Positions 27,101-38,066 are shown, counted from the stretch's first letter. The stretch: 64,000 bases of DNA from Selaginella moellendorffii (GCF_000143415.4 NW_003314401.1:148860-212859), one strand, 5' to 3'. Notes: generated by a model not told the origin, from the letters alone. A program made the numbers and translations.

Positions 27101-28451
27101 TGGTATTAGAGCAAATGGTATGGGTTTAATTCCCATTAATTGGTGGTTACTTAAAGTATAATATACCTTTGAGTAAAATATATTCCTACTCATAAAATTG
27201 AAATCATGCATATTGAGCAAATGATATTGCCCATCTTTTGTACAAACCTCCATATTTAGTTGAAAAATTGCATAAAAGCACAAATGTGTTAATGTTCTTT
27301 TGAGATCTTTTTGCTCAAGAATTCCCCACTCAATCAGTGTTAACTTGCAAAAGGGCATCTTCAATCCATTTGACTTGAATTGAATCAGTGTTTGAAATCT
27401 AAAATACATAAGTGAAATGCCCTTTAATAGAAATAGTGTCCCCAAGTATCACTACAATTGGGCAATATTGGTTTAATTTCCAATCTGTATGAGAACCAAA
27501 AATCACCTCTAAAACTAACTTATATCCTTTCCAATGGGAATTATAATGTGGGAGAATAGAAATCTCTCTTAAAACGAGCTCAACTAAAAGTATAGAAGTG
27601 TGATTAAATGCCATTTGGCAAGGGGCTAAGATTTACCACCAATTAGCATCCACTTAAAGTGATGAATAGGAATCTACATAAAAGTATTTGTAAAACGAAA
27701 TAAACTTATATTACCTTAAGAAATAGAAATCCAAAAGATAAATCTTACTAAACATACTTTCCTCAGAAGAAAACTTGGATTTTATTGTCTACAATGACAG
27801 ATTTCTTTTGTGATTTTCACAAAACAAATCTTTCCTAGAAATAGTAATTTAGCATTCTAAATACAAACCAAGTTCTTATTGAGTTACCTTAGCTAGTAGT
27901 GGCTTGCCCATTAAGTTAATCAGGTTGTTGAGTGCTGTTAGATTAAGTTTTGTTATTTATAAACTAAGTCAATATCATTCCATATGGCCTATACATGTTC
28001 TCCAAAAAAAGTACTACCTGTCAGGAATCCCCCAATTCTTGCCACATTCCTGACTCTCGCCGGATTCCTGACTTGCAGACCACATTCCTGACTCTCGAGA
28101 CACTTCCCGATTCCTGAGTCTCAGGCCACATTCCTGATGATGATGTGGCGCCTCCTCGACCTCAGCTATATTTAGGCCGTCCTCGATCCAAGAGTGGTGG
28201 AGCTTCATCAACCTATAGTATATATAGGTTAGCCTTGTTCCATTTCTCCACAATCTGAATCAACGCCAGTCTAAGGCCTTTTCTTTGTTTCCACTAGCTT
28301 TTTCTCTGTCTTTTTGCATTTTCCAGTCTTGATCTTGTCAGGGGTCTTGACAGTTTGATTCAGATTGTGTTTTTTCGTTTTTTGATTTAGCTCATTTTGA
28401 TTGTTTGATTACCTTTGCCTTTTTTTCCCCCTTTCTTCTTTCTTCTTGCCA

Positions 28452-29423
28452 ATGGAGTCTCCAAGCCATCCTAATTTCTTTGCTGAAGTCCTTGCAAAAA
28501 TCCAGTCTGAGAATACCGAGCTGAAGGCGACCCTTCTTCGCATGCAGCAAGAGCTTGCTTCACTTTCGGCTCAAGGATCCAGCAAAGTTCCTGAACCGAA
28601 GGTGAGCTTCCCGGCGAAATTTTCAGGCAAGCGTTCGGAGCTTCGCGGATTCCTGAACCAGATGGAGTTGATCTTCGCACTTCAACATCGGCAGTACCCT
28701 ACTCCCGAGTCTCAAATCAGCGCGATTGGGACGTTGCTCGAAGGTGCAGCTTTGTCATGGTTTTCTCCTCTTTTGGAGAAGAGCATGAAAGGGGTCGTGG
28801 TTCCAGAGCTGATGGATCTTCAATTGTTCAAAGAGAAGCTCGAAGCATGTTTTGGTGAGACGGATCGGGTTCGGGCTGCTACCACAAAGATGAGACGTCT
28901 CTCTCAGGGGTCTCGTCCTGCTTCGATCTACGCTGCAGAGTTCCAACTCCTTGCTTTGGACACTTAGTGGGATGAGCGGGCCCTGATTGACCAATTTCGT
29001 TTCGGCCTCAACAACGGTGTCAAGGATTTGTTGCTCACCATGGAGGATCCCAAGGACCTGTCGGATGCCATCAACAAAGCTGTTAGATGTGACAATCGTC
29101 TCTTTGAACGTCGTCAGGAAAGTCGCCGCGCCGCTGTTTTTCCGTCCTAGACTCAGGAATCCCAGCTTGAGTCTTCGGGGCATACTCCTGAACCTACTGC
29201 TCCGGTTCCGATGGATATTTCTGGTACTCCCCGACTCATTAGAGGGAAGTTGAGTCCTGCTGAGAAGCAACGTCGAATATCTCATAATCTTTGCCTCTAT
29301 TGTGCTGATCCTAATCACAAAGCAGCTGTATGTTCCAAGAAGCCTCCTCGACTGCTCGAGTTCACTCTGCCTCAAAGTCCACCTCTATTACAGTCGGGAA
29401 ACGACCCTGTCCAAACAGAGTAG
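28452..29423 (+). CDS. gag: Gag with CCHC zinc knuckle; one premature TAG at 28965-28967
   Basis: PEPKVSFPAKFSG, LSQGSRPASIYAAEF, PMDIS, CLYCADPNHKAAVC. Confidence 0.85.
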
Positions 29424-29440
29424 GAGCTGTCTGTTTGGAC
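29396..29440 (+). promoter_or_regulatory. -1 ribosomal frameshift signal
   Basis: Slippery heptamer G GGA AAC, 6-nt spacer, then an 11-bp stem gtccaaacaga/tctgtttggac at the gag/pol overlap. Confidence 0.8.
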
Positions 29441-32400
29441 TCCCCGAATAAAAATCACTTTTCTTCTTTATCAAGCTCCTCACCACCTTTCATCAAAGCC
29501 ACCACCAATTCCCGCAACTTCCGCGTCCCATGTCTCCTTTCTTTCACCGGACAATCAGGACTCAAGGCTCTGGCGTTACTGGACTCGGGTGCAACTTCCT
29601 GCTTCATGGACACGGACTTTGCTGCCCGACATCACGTTCCTCTTTCTCCTACCATACGGGATTTGAGGGTTGAAGGCATCGGCGGGCATTTTGTGTCTTC
29701 ATCTTCTGGACTTAGGGAAACATTGCCCGTTCGAGTACACATCGGGTCCACTGTCACCGATATCGCCTTCAACATCATCAATAGCAAGTCCTCCTCTGTG
29801 GTGCTCGGTCTTCCGTGGTTCCAACTACATCAGCCTCAGATCTGTTGGAAGGAATTACAGCTCATCTCTCCCACGGCTTCCCCTGCTGTTCATCGAGTCC
29901 GAATCAGGAAAAGTTCCCTAAACTCAAATCGGGGTTCTGTTCCTGACTCTATAAAGTTTTCACCCTCTTATTTTTCCTCTCTTCCATCTTACATTGAACC
30001 GTATCCTCGTCTCATCATTCCATTTAGTTGTACACCTCCTCCTATCTCCACAATCACTATGAAAGAACTCCTTCATGAAGAACCTCTTTTTCTTTTTGCT
30101 TTGCATGTTTCTCCTGTCAGTCTTCCTGAGAAGTATCATGATTTTGGGGATGTGTTTGACAAGAAAAAAGCTAGTGTACTGCCTGTTCATCGGCCTTATG
30201 ATTGTCCCATTGATTTACAGGAAGGAGCGTCACCTCCGTGGGGGCCTATCTACGGGTTATCCCCATCCGAGCTTAAGGCCCTCAAAGAGTACGTGGATGA
30301 GAACCTTGCCTCGGGCTACATTCAGCATTCGCAGTCCCCGGTTGGAGCGCCTGTCTTCTTTGTCAAGAAGAAGGATGGGAGCTTGCGGCTAGTCATCGAC
30401 TACCGAGGTTTGAACAAGGTGACTGTTCGGAACCGTTATCTGCTGCCCCTGATCTCGGACCTGTTGGAACGCCTCGGCGGTGCCCGCTTCTTCACCAAGA
30501 TCGACCTCCGTGGAGCATACAACCTGATCCGGATTTGGCCTGGTGATGAATGGAAGACTGCGTTCCGAACCCGCTATGGCCACTTCGAGTACACTGTCAT
30601 GCCATTTGGCTTGACAAATGCTCCAGCAGTTTTCCAACACATGGCGAACGATGTCTTTCGGGAGTTTCTTGATCAGATGGTGATCGTCTACCTCGATGAC
30701 ATCCTCATCTACTCAAAAACTCAGGAGGAGCATGACGAACATGTACGCAAGGTGCTAGCGAAGCTGCGAGAACACGGCCTATACGTGAAGCTTGAGAAAT
30801 GTTCCTTTGATCAGCAGTCTGTGGAGTTCCTTGGGTACATTGTCACTCCTGAGGGTATCACGATGGATCCTGCCAAAGTCAAGACTATTCTCGAATGGGA
30901 GCCTCCACAATCAATGTCGGACGTTCAGGTTTTCCTTGGCTTCGCCAACTTCTACCGCAAATTCATTGATCACTACTCTGACATTTGTAAGCTCCTGAAT
31001 TTGGACTTCCCGGGAGGTCACCCAGCTCAGTACTATTCAAACCCAAGGACGCTTAACTCCAACTATCCCAAGACCCTTAACCGATTGGAAAAGGGGGTGC
31101 ACTCTTGTTCATGGGCCCTTTCCCTCTATATTTGAACCCCATGGATCGTCTCTCGAGTCGTTCCCTTTGGTTGCTTACAATCCACCACGCTTCCCTGCAA
31201 GTTCACGCCCTCGTGAACGGAAGCTGAGAGCCACAGCTCTCCCGAGAGCCTCGCTCTCTTGACACCTTACCTCTCGGGTCGAGCCCAGTGGGAGCAAACT
31301 GGACCAGCCAGATGTCAATCAACATGTGGTGCGATTCCCCTAGCCAACCAACAGAGTCGGACCCGAGACCCCTCTGATACCAAATGTAAGCTCCTTGAAT
31401 TTGGACTTAGTCTCTGGCTCGATCTCGGACCCGATTTTGGATCCGACTTCGGATTCGGTTTTGGACTCGATCTCGGACTCGATCTCGGACCCGATCTCGG
31501 ACCCGACCTCGGACTCGACCTCGGACTCGGTCTCGGACCCGATCTCGGACCCGACCTCGGACTCGACCTCGGACTCGGTCTCGGACCCGATTTCGGATCT
31601 CGGACTCCGTCTCGAACTCGGTCTCGAACTCGGACTCGAACTCGGTCCCCGAGTCAGTCTTGGACTCGATTCCGAACTCGATCTCGAACTCGGTCCTAGA
31701 GTCGGTCTTGGACTCGATCTTCGACTTGGTCCCATCCAATGAACTCTTTGTCATTTTGGTCATGCTTTCGGGGTTCCTTTAGCCTACGACACCTCGGCGA
31801 GTTGGTTCCTTAAAACTCCACCACCCATAGAAGAAGTTCGATGCCCACATCGAATGTCTCGTTTTATCCTACGACTTGTTGACCATGTCTCCGGGGGCAT
31901 CCCCCCACTTAGCGGTGTGCCTAAGTTAGCCTCCCCGGCCAAGAGCCCATGACAACGGAATATAGGTGTCCCTATACTCCTCACCTCACCACGCCCTAGT
32001 ATAGGGTCGGGACTTGAACCCAGCCTTGCTTTACTAGGGGGTTGGGACTCGAACCCAACCTCCGTAGAATACGTCTACGGATTCGACATCCCCGCAGGGA
32101 GTTGGGCGTAGCTCCCTACGCCTGGTCGACCTAGCTAACCCATGCTAATTAGCTTACCTTCGGCGCGCCTTCGGGTCCCAACATATGCCATTTGCTCAAC
32201 TTTGCAAATTGATATTTTAATTGAACTTTGCATAAGTACATAGAGTTCTGCCTTGCAGAAATTCCTCCACTAGATCTCGCGCGTTCGCTAGGTTCTCCTC
32301 CAGTTCCCATGTTGCTTTGTAGTGTGGAAATCCTTTCCACTTCACATGGAACTCTCTCACCTCGCGTCCTTGTCGCTTGCTCTTGCGCGCATTGAGGATG

Positions 32401-35400
32401 GCCTCGACTTCGTATTCCTCTTCCCCTTGGATAACCTCAGGTAAAGGTCTTACTTGGTCCTTGCGAAGCGGATCCTCAAAGTACGGCTTGAGTAAGTTCA
32501 CGTGGAACACTGGGTGCATCTTCCTCATCTCTCAAGGAAGTCGGAGTCGGTAAGCCACTTTACCGATTCGTGCCTCAATCTCGTAAGGCCCCGCGAACCT
32601 GCTTAAGGAACTCAAGATCAATTCATTTACAGGAATACATGCATTTTTACCTTTGGGTCAACTTTCGGCTGATCCCACTTGGTAGCCTGAGGTTCTTGGT
32701 GTTCAGCCACACCTTCTCCCCAGCTTGGAACTCTACATCCCGGCGCTTTAGGTTCGCATACTTGGTTTGCCTTTGTTGAGCCCGTTCCAAAGAATCCCTC
32801 ACTAGATTCCAAATGTTGAGTCTTTCCGCCGTGAATGCCTCCACTGCGGGTAGCTCTCCATGATACTCGGCCACGCCGAGTTCCACAGGACCTTCAATAG
32901 CTCGCCCATTGATGACTTCCCATGGACTCACCCCGATACTCGAATGTGGTGAGTTGTTATAACACATTTCCACAAGTCCCAAATGACTTACCCAATCGGT
33001 CTGGTCTCCCGAGACATAGCATCACAAATAATCCTCCAGCTGCCTATTCACCCTTTCCGTTTGTCCGTCTGTCAAGAAGTGTTAGGACCACCAAACTTGA
33101 CTTAATACCCCATATCTGTTTGTGGGTGATAGGCTGTGCTGAATTTCAACTTGGTGCGATACTGTTCCAAGAGGGTCCTCCAGAACCTACTAGTGAAGAT
33201 CTTATCTCGATATGAGATAATCTTTTCTGGCCTTCCCCGCACTCGAACCACTTGTTCGAAGAACAGCTTTGCCACACCTTCCGCATCCACTTCCGTTGTC
33301 GTGGGTATGAAATGTGCCATCTTCGAAAATTGATCCACCACCACGAATATCGCATCGAACCCCTCGCTTGGGGGTAGTCCCGTGATGAAGTCCATCGTAA
33401 GACATTTCCACGGACGATCTGGAATTGGGATGCTTTGCAACAAGCCCCCACTAGCCTTAGTCACGGCTTTGACCTGCTAATATGTTGGACATGTCTTTAC
33501 ATAGTCTTGGACGTCCTTAGCCATATCTGGCCAATGGTACTTCCTCTTGAGTAAGCCCATCGTCTTGGGCACTCCGCCGTGTCCCGCAAGAGGTCCATCA
33601 TGACACTCTTCTAAGGCTACCTTCCTTAGTCCCCCTTCTGGAACATATACCCTCATTTGCTTGTAATAAATGAGTCCGTTGCGTTCTGCATAGCCCGTTT
33701 TCTCTTCCGTTGGCAGCTCACCTCTCTGGTGAGCTTCCCGCGCCTCCAGATTCCTCAACAACACTTCTTGTGCTAGACCATCGTTCTCATATGCTGTCCG
33801 CACATCGTCCTAGAAGGTTGCTGTTGTGCTGGATATCGCCAACCTCAAGCTCGCTTTTCGACTTAGCGCATCTGCCATGATGTTGCTCTTCCCAGGCTTG
33901 TACAGAATCTCGCAATCAAACTCGGCCAAGGCATTGGCCCACCGACCTTATTTCCCTCTCAGGTCGGGTTGTGACAAGAAGTGTTTCGTTGCCACATTGT
34001 CCGTGTAAACCTTGAAGTGTCTCCCAAGGTAGTGTCGCCACTCCTTGAGCGCCTTGACCACCGCAAACAATTCCTTCTCGTGGGCAGGCCACTTCCGTTG
34101 AGCCTTTTCCAGCTTCTTCGAGAAGAACGCTACTGGATGGTTGTCTTGCTTCAAAACTGCGCCCAACGCAAAGTCCGAAGCATCCGTGTCTACCTCGAAG
34201 TCCTTACCAAAGTCTGGTAATGCCAACACGGGAGCCTTCCTCAATTTCCCTTTGAGGTGGACGAATGCCTCCTTGCATTCCGCTGTCCATACCATCTTCC
34301 CTTTTCCTGTTTGGTCCGTTAAGGGCAAGGCTACTCTCGAATAGTGTCTGATAAACTTTCGATAGTAGTTGCATAGCCCCAAGAACGCCCTCAACTCATG
34401 TACATTCGAAGGTCGCTCCCATTCCTGGATCGCTTGGACCTTCTCCGGGTCCACCTTGAGCCCGTCCTGGCCCACCACATGCCCGAGAAACTTTACCTCT
34501 TGTTGAGCAAAGTCACATTTGCTCTCTTTAGCATACAGTTTGTGTTCCCTTAGTTTCTCAAACACCTTCGCCAAGTGTTTGGCATGTTCCTCTAGCGTCT
34601 CGCTATAGATCAGGATATCGTCGATATAGACGACCACGAAGTGATCCAGATAGGGTACAAAGATGTGGTTTATCAACGCCGAAAACGTTGCCGGTGCATT
34701 GCACAGCCCAAAGGGCATCACCAGAAACTCAAAGCTCCCATACCTCGTTCGACAGGTTGTCTTCTCGACATCTTCCTCAGCTACCCTGATCTGGTAGTAT
34801 CCTGACCTTAGGTCAATCCTCGAGAAGTATTTTGCCTTTCCCAACCTATCAAACAGGTCCTCGATCCTTGGCAAAGGGTACTTGTTCTTCTTGGTATACT
34901 TGTTGAGCAACCGGTAGTCTATGCACATGCGCATAGATCCATCTTTCTTTTTCACTTGCTCAACCTAACATACCCTTTGTCCACCAACTCCTCTAGTTGG
35001 CTCTTGAGTTTAGGGTTTAGGGTTTAGGGTTTAGGGTTTAACCGCGCAGCGGAAGCGTGGTGGGCCCATAACCCACAGGTCCCAGGATCAAAACCTGGCT
35101 CCAATACCAAATTGTAAACTCCTGAATTTGGACTTCCCAGGAGGTCACCCAGCCCAGTACTATTCAAACCCAAGGACGCTTAACTCCAACTATCCCAAGA
35201 CCCTTAACCGATTGGAAAAGGGGGTGCACTCTTGTTCATGGGCCCTTTCCCTCTATATTTGAACCCCATGGATCGTCTCTCGAGTCGTTCCCTTTGGTTG
35301 CTTACAACATTGTCCTTCCTCTCACACATCTCACTCGCAAGGATGTTCCCTTCTCTTGGTCTGCTGCTGCCCAGCAGGCCTTCGACACACTCAAGGCGGC

Positions 35401-37480
35401 CTTCAGTTCTGCTCCTGTCTTGATCCATGCTAATTCCTCACAACCTTTCTTCATCGAGGCTGACGCCTCCCACTTTGCCATTGGTGTTGTGCTGTCTCAA
35501 CTCGGAGCGGATCACGAACTTCATCCGGTTGCTTTCCATTCTCGGAAATTCCAGCCTACGGAGATCAATTACGAAATCCACGACAAGGAGCTCCTTGCCA
35601 TCGTGGATTCCTTTGGAGAGTGGTGCCGTTTCTTGGAGGGGGCGAGCCATCAAACAACAGTCTGGACGGATCACAAAAATCTCGAGTACTTTGCCACTTC
35701 CCGAGTTTTAAGCCGTCGTCAAGCAAGGTGGGCACAATTCCTGAGTCGGTTTGACTTTGTTATCAAGTACAGACCTGGAAAGTTTCAAGGCCTTCCTGAT
35801 GCTCTTTCAAGGCGCTCCTATCTCAGTCTCAGGCCTGGTAATCCTGCCTTCGATCAACGGGATCAAGTTATCCTCGGTCCTGATCGGCTTCAAGTTATGG
35901 CAATTTCCCTGGCCCCTCAGGACTCCTCCTTGATGGATGCAATCAGAAACGATCTTCAATCCGATGATCTCGCTAGCGACATCTTCCCCCATCTTCAGGC
36001 TGGACACCCAGTGACTCCCGACTGCCGGCGATTTGACGAGTTCGAGTTCTTAGATGGCTTATTGTACCGTGGGGAGCAGCTTTACGTTCCTGAAGGTGAT
36101 GCTCGAAGGTTGGTCCTGATGGCGTGCCACGATAGCCCGACTGCTGGTCACTTCGGCATTGCGAAAACCTATGAGCTAGTTGCACGGGACTTTTGGTGGC
36201 CTCACATGGATGACTACATCAAAGCTTTTGTTACCTCCTGTGACACTTGTGCCCGGAATAAGGTACCTCGCCACCTTCCTTCAGGTTTGCTTCGTTCCCT
36301 TCTGGTCCCTTCAGGTCCTTGGGAATCCATCTCCATGGATTTCTTGAGTGATCTTCCAAGTTCTGGAGGCTTCAACAGCATTTTAGTCGTGGTGGATCGC
36401 TTCACAAAGATGGCGCACTTCTTGCCATGTACCAAGGAATTTTCGGGCGAGGACATGGCAAAACTGGTATTCAGGGAAATTTTCCGACTTCATGGGATTC
36501 CTACAGATGTGGTTTCGGATCGGGGGCCTCAGTTCATCTCTCATTTCTGGCAACGGTTTTTGCAGTTGCTTGGAGTGAAGGCCAACCTCTCTTCGGCATA
36601 TCATCCTCAAACTGATGGGCAGTCCGAGCGAACGATTGAGACGTTGGAACAATTTTTGAGGTGCTTCATCAACTATCATCAGGATAACTGGTTCAATATC
36701 CTTCCCCTTGCTGAGTTCTCCTATAACAACTCTGTTCACTCCTCTCTTCGAGTTTCCCCCTTCTTTGCAAACTCTGGCCGAAATCCCCGATTCAATCTCT
36801 CACTTCCTTCTCCATCTGAATCCTCTTGTTCAAATCCCCACTCTGAGGCATTTATCTCCAACCTCCAGGAAATCCACAACTCCATCTCCTTCCACCTCCA
36901 TCGTGCTCAGGAATCTCATAAAACATTTGCCAATGTCCATCGTCAGGATTGTCCCCCTTACAATATCGGGGATAAAGTCTGGCTCCTCAGGCGAAATATC
37001 TCCACCACCAGGCCCTGTCCAAAACTCGATTTCAAATGCCTTGGTCCTTTCCCTATCACTGCCATCATTAATCCTGTGACTTATTGCCTTGCACTTCCCT
37101 CCTCATATCAAATTCACCCCGTTTTTCACTCCTCTCTCCTTGAGCCTTATATTCCCAGTCCTATTCCAAATCGGGTCATTCCTCCGCCTCCACCAGTGCA
37201 GCTCGAGGATGGGTCTAAGTACGAGGTTCAGGACATCCTTGATTCCAAGATTTCACGGTCTAAACTCTACTATCTAGTGGACTGGAAGGGTTACGGACCT
37301 GAGGAACGCACTTGGGAACCTGTGGACAACCTGATTCATTCTCCTGACCTTGTTCAGGACTTCCACCGCCGCTATCCTTCTTGTCTCAGTCCTCATTCTT
37401 TTTCTCCATCTCCCATCCCTCGCCGCTCATCTCATCCTCCTCTTCGTTCTCGTTCACATCCTCGTTCCACTCGTTCTTGA
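29396..37480 (+). CDS. pol: Pol (PR, RT, RH, INT, chromodomain), split by the insertion at 30986-35306
   Basis: LLDSGA, YLDD, then after the insert [30 protein letters not shown] and [26 protein letters not shown]; the frame rejoins across the TSD (YSD-IVLPLT). Confidence 0.9.
31003..31058 (-). ncRNA. 5S rRNA-derived domain (A box, IE, C box) inside the LTR; not an rRNA gene
   Basis: Minus strand AGTTAAGCGTCCTTGGGTTTGAATAGTACTGAGCTGGGTGACCTCCCGGGAAGTCC matches the plant 5S internal control region; second copy at ~35130-35185. Confidence 0.9.
31180..31384 (-). mobile_element. Cassandra-type non-coding internal domain with PBS and PPT
   Basis: PBS tggtatcagag (31382-31372); PPT-like gggaagcgtggtgga next to the LTR; homologous to the internal part of the TRIM at 38761-39444. 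Confidence 0.85.
31385..31813 (-). repeat. Chimeric LTR: chromovirus-type hexamer array plus a Cassandra-like U5 end
   Basis: Follows PPT atgggtggtggag (the same PPT as family B); contains a GGACTC/GGTCTC array; the last ~23 nt match the 5S-LTR terminus (tgtaagctcc(t)tgaatttggactt). Confidence 0.7.
32217..35007 (-). pseudogene. pol: 5'-truncated chromovirus pol (RT-RH-INT-chromodomain), Galadriel-like by recalled motif similarity
   Basis: [72 protein letters not shown]; several stops and filler insertions; no gag or protease. Confidence 0.9.
35009..35040 (+). repeat. Interstitial telomeric repeat (TTTAGGG)4.5
   Basis: tttagggtttagggtttagggtttagggttta. Confidence 0.95.
35044..35109 (+). pseudogene. 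Retro-copy of mature initiator tRNA-Met (position 10 to CCA)
   Basis: gcgcagcggaagcgtggtgggcccataacccacaggtcccaggatcaaaacctggctccaatacca; CAT anticodon, ends in CCA, lacks nt 1-9. Confidence 0.92.
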
Positions 37481-38066
37481 GGAGGGGGTGCTGTCAGGAA
37501 TCCCCCAATTCTTGCCACATTCCTGACTCTCGCCGGATTCCTGACCTGCAGACCACATTCCTGACTCTCGAGACACTTCCCTATTCCTGAGTCTCGAGAC
37601 ACTTCCCTATTCCTGACTCTCGAGACACTTCCCGATTCCTGAGTCTCAGGCCACATTCCTGATGATGATGTGGCGCCTCCTCGACCTTAGCTATATTTAG
37701 GCCGTCCTCGATCCAAGAGTGGTGGAGTTTCATCAACCTATAGTATATATAGGTTAGCCTTGTTCCATTTCTCCACAATCTGAATCAACGCTAGTCTAAG
37801 ACCTTTTCTTTGTTTCCACTAGCTTTTTCTCTTTGTCTTTTTGCATTTTCCAGTCTTGATCTTGTCAGGGGTCTTGACACTACCCACCCACATGGCAATC
37901 ACATTCTTGAGAACATATATTGCAAATCACACACTTATCGTTTTAGACATGATTTCAAAGATCCTTTAACCTACAACACTTTTGGGAGTTTATTCCTTAC
38001 AGCTAATTCATATAAAATGTTGAAGCACATTAATAAGATGACTTATCCAATGCAACTACCAATTTA

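Larger units (their letters stand above)
30986..35306 (-). mobile_element. Composite Cassandra-type (5S-LTR)/chromovirus retroelement
   Basis: 194-bp LTRs 30986-31179 and 35113-35306 differ at 3 positions; termini TGTAAGC..GCTTACA; TSD ACATT at 30981-30985 and 35307-35311. Confidence 0.92.
28019..37879 (+). mobile_element. Full-length Tcn1/Tf1-like chromovirus (Ty3/Gypsy), host of the 5S-LTR composite insertion
   Basis: LTRs 28019-28352 and 37492-37879 (TG..CA); TSD CTACC; PPT gaggaggggg; gag plus PR-RT-RH-INT-chromodomain. Confidence 0.95.

Noticed and set aside
23600-27700. Decayed minus-strand coding remnants, possibly a DNA transposon
   Set aside because: Exon-like and Cys-rich fragments are visible, but no motif could be assigned; a translated search is needed
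28125-28150. Hammerhead ribozyme core (ctgatga) in the LTR
   Set aside because: No properly placed GAAA or stem II; it is only a small hairpin gccacat..atgtggc
31003-31058. 5S rRNA gene
   Set aside because: Only the ~56-nt internal control region is present, embedded in an LTR
35044-35109. Functional tRNA-Met gene
   Set aside because: Lacks nt 1-9, carries an encoded CCA, has no poly-T terminator and sits at the PBS position
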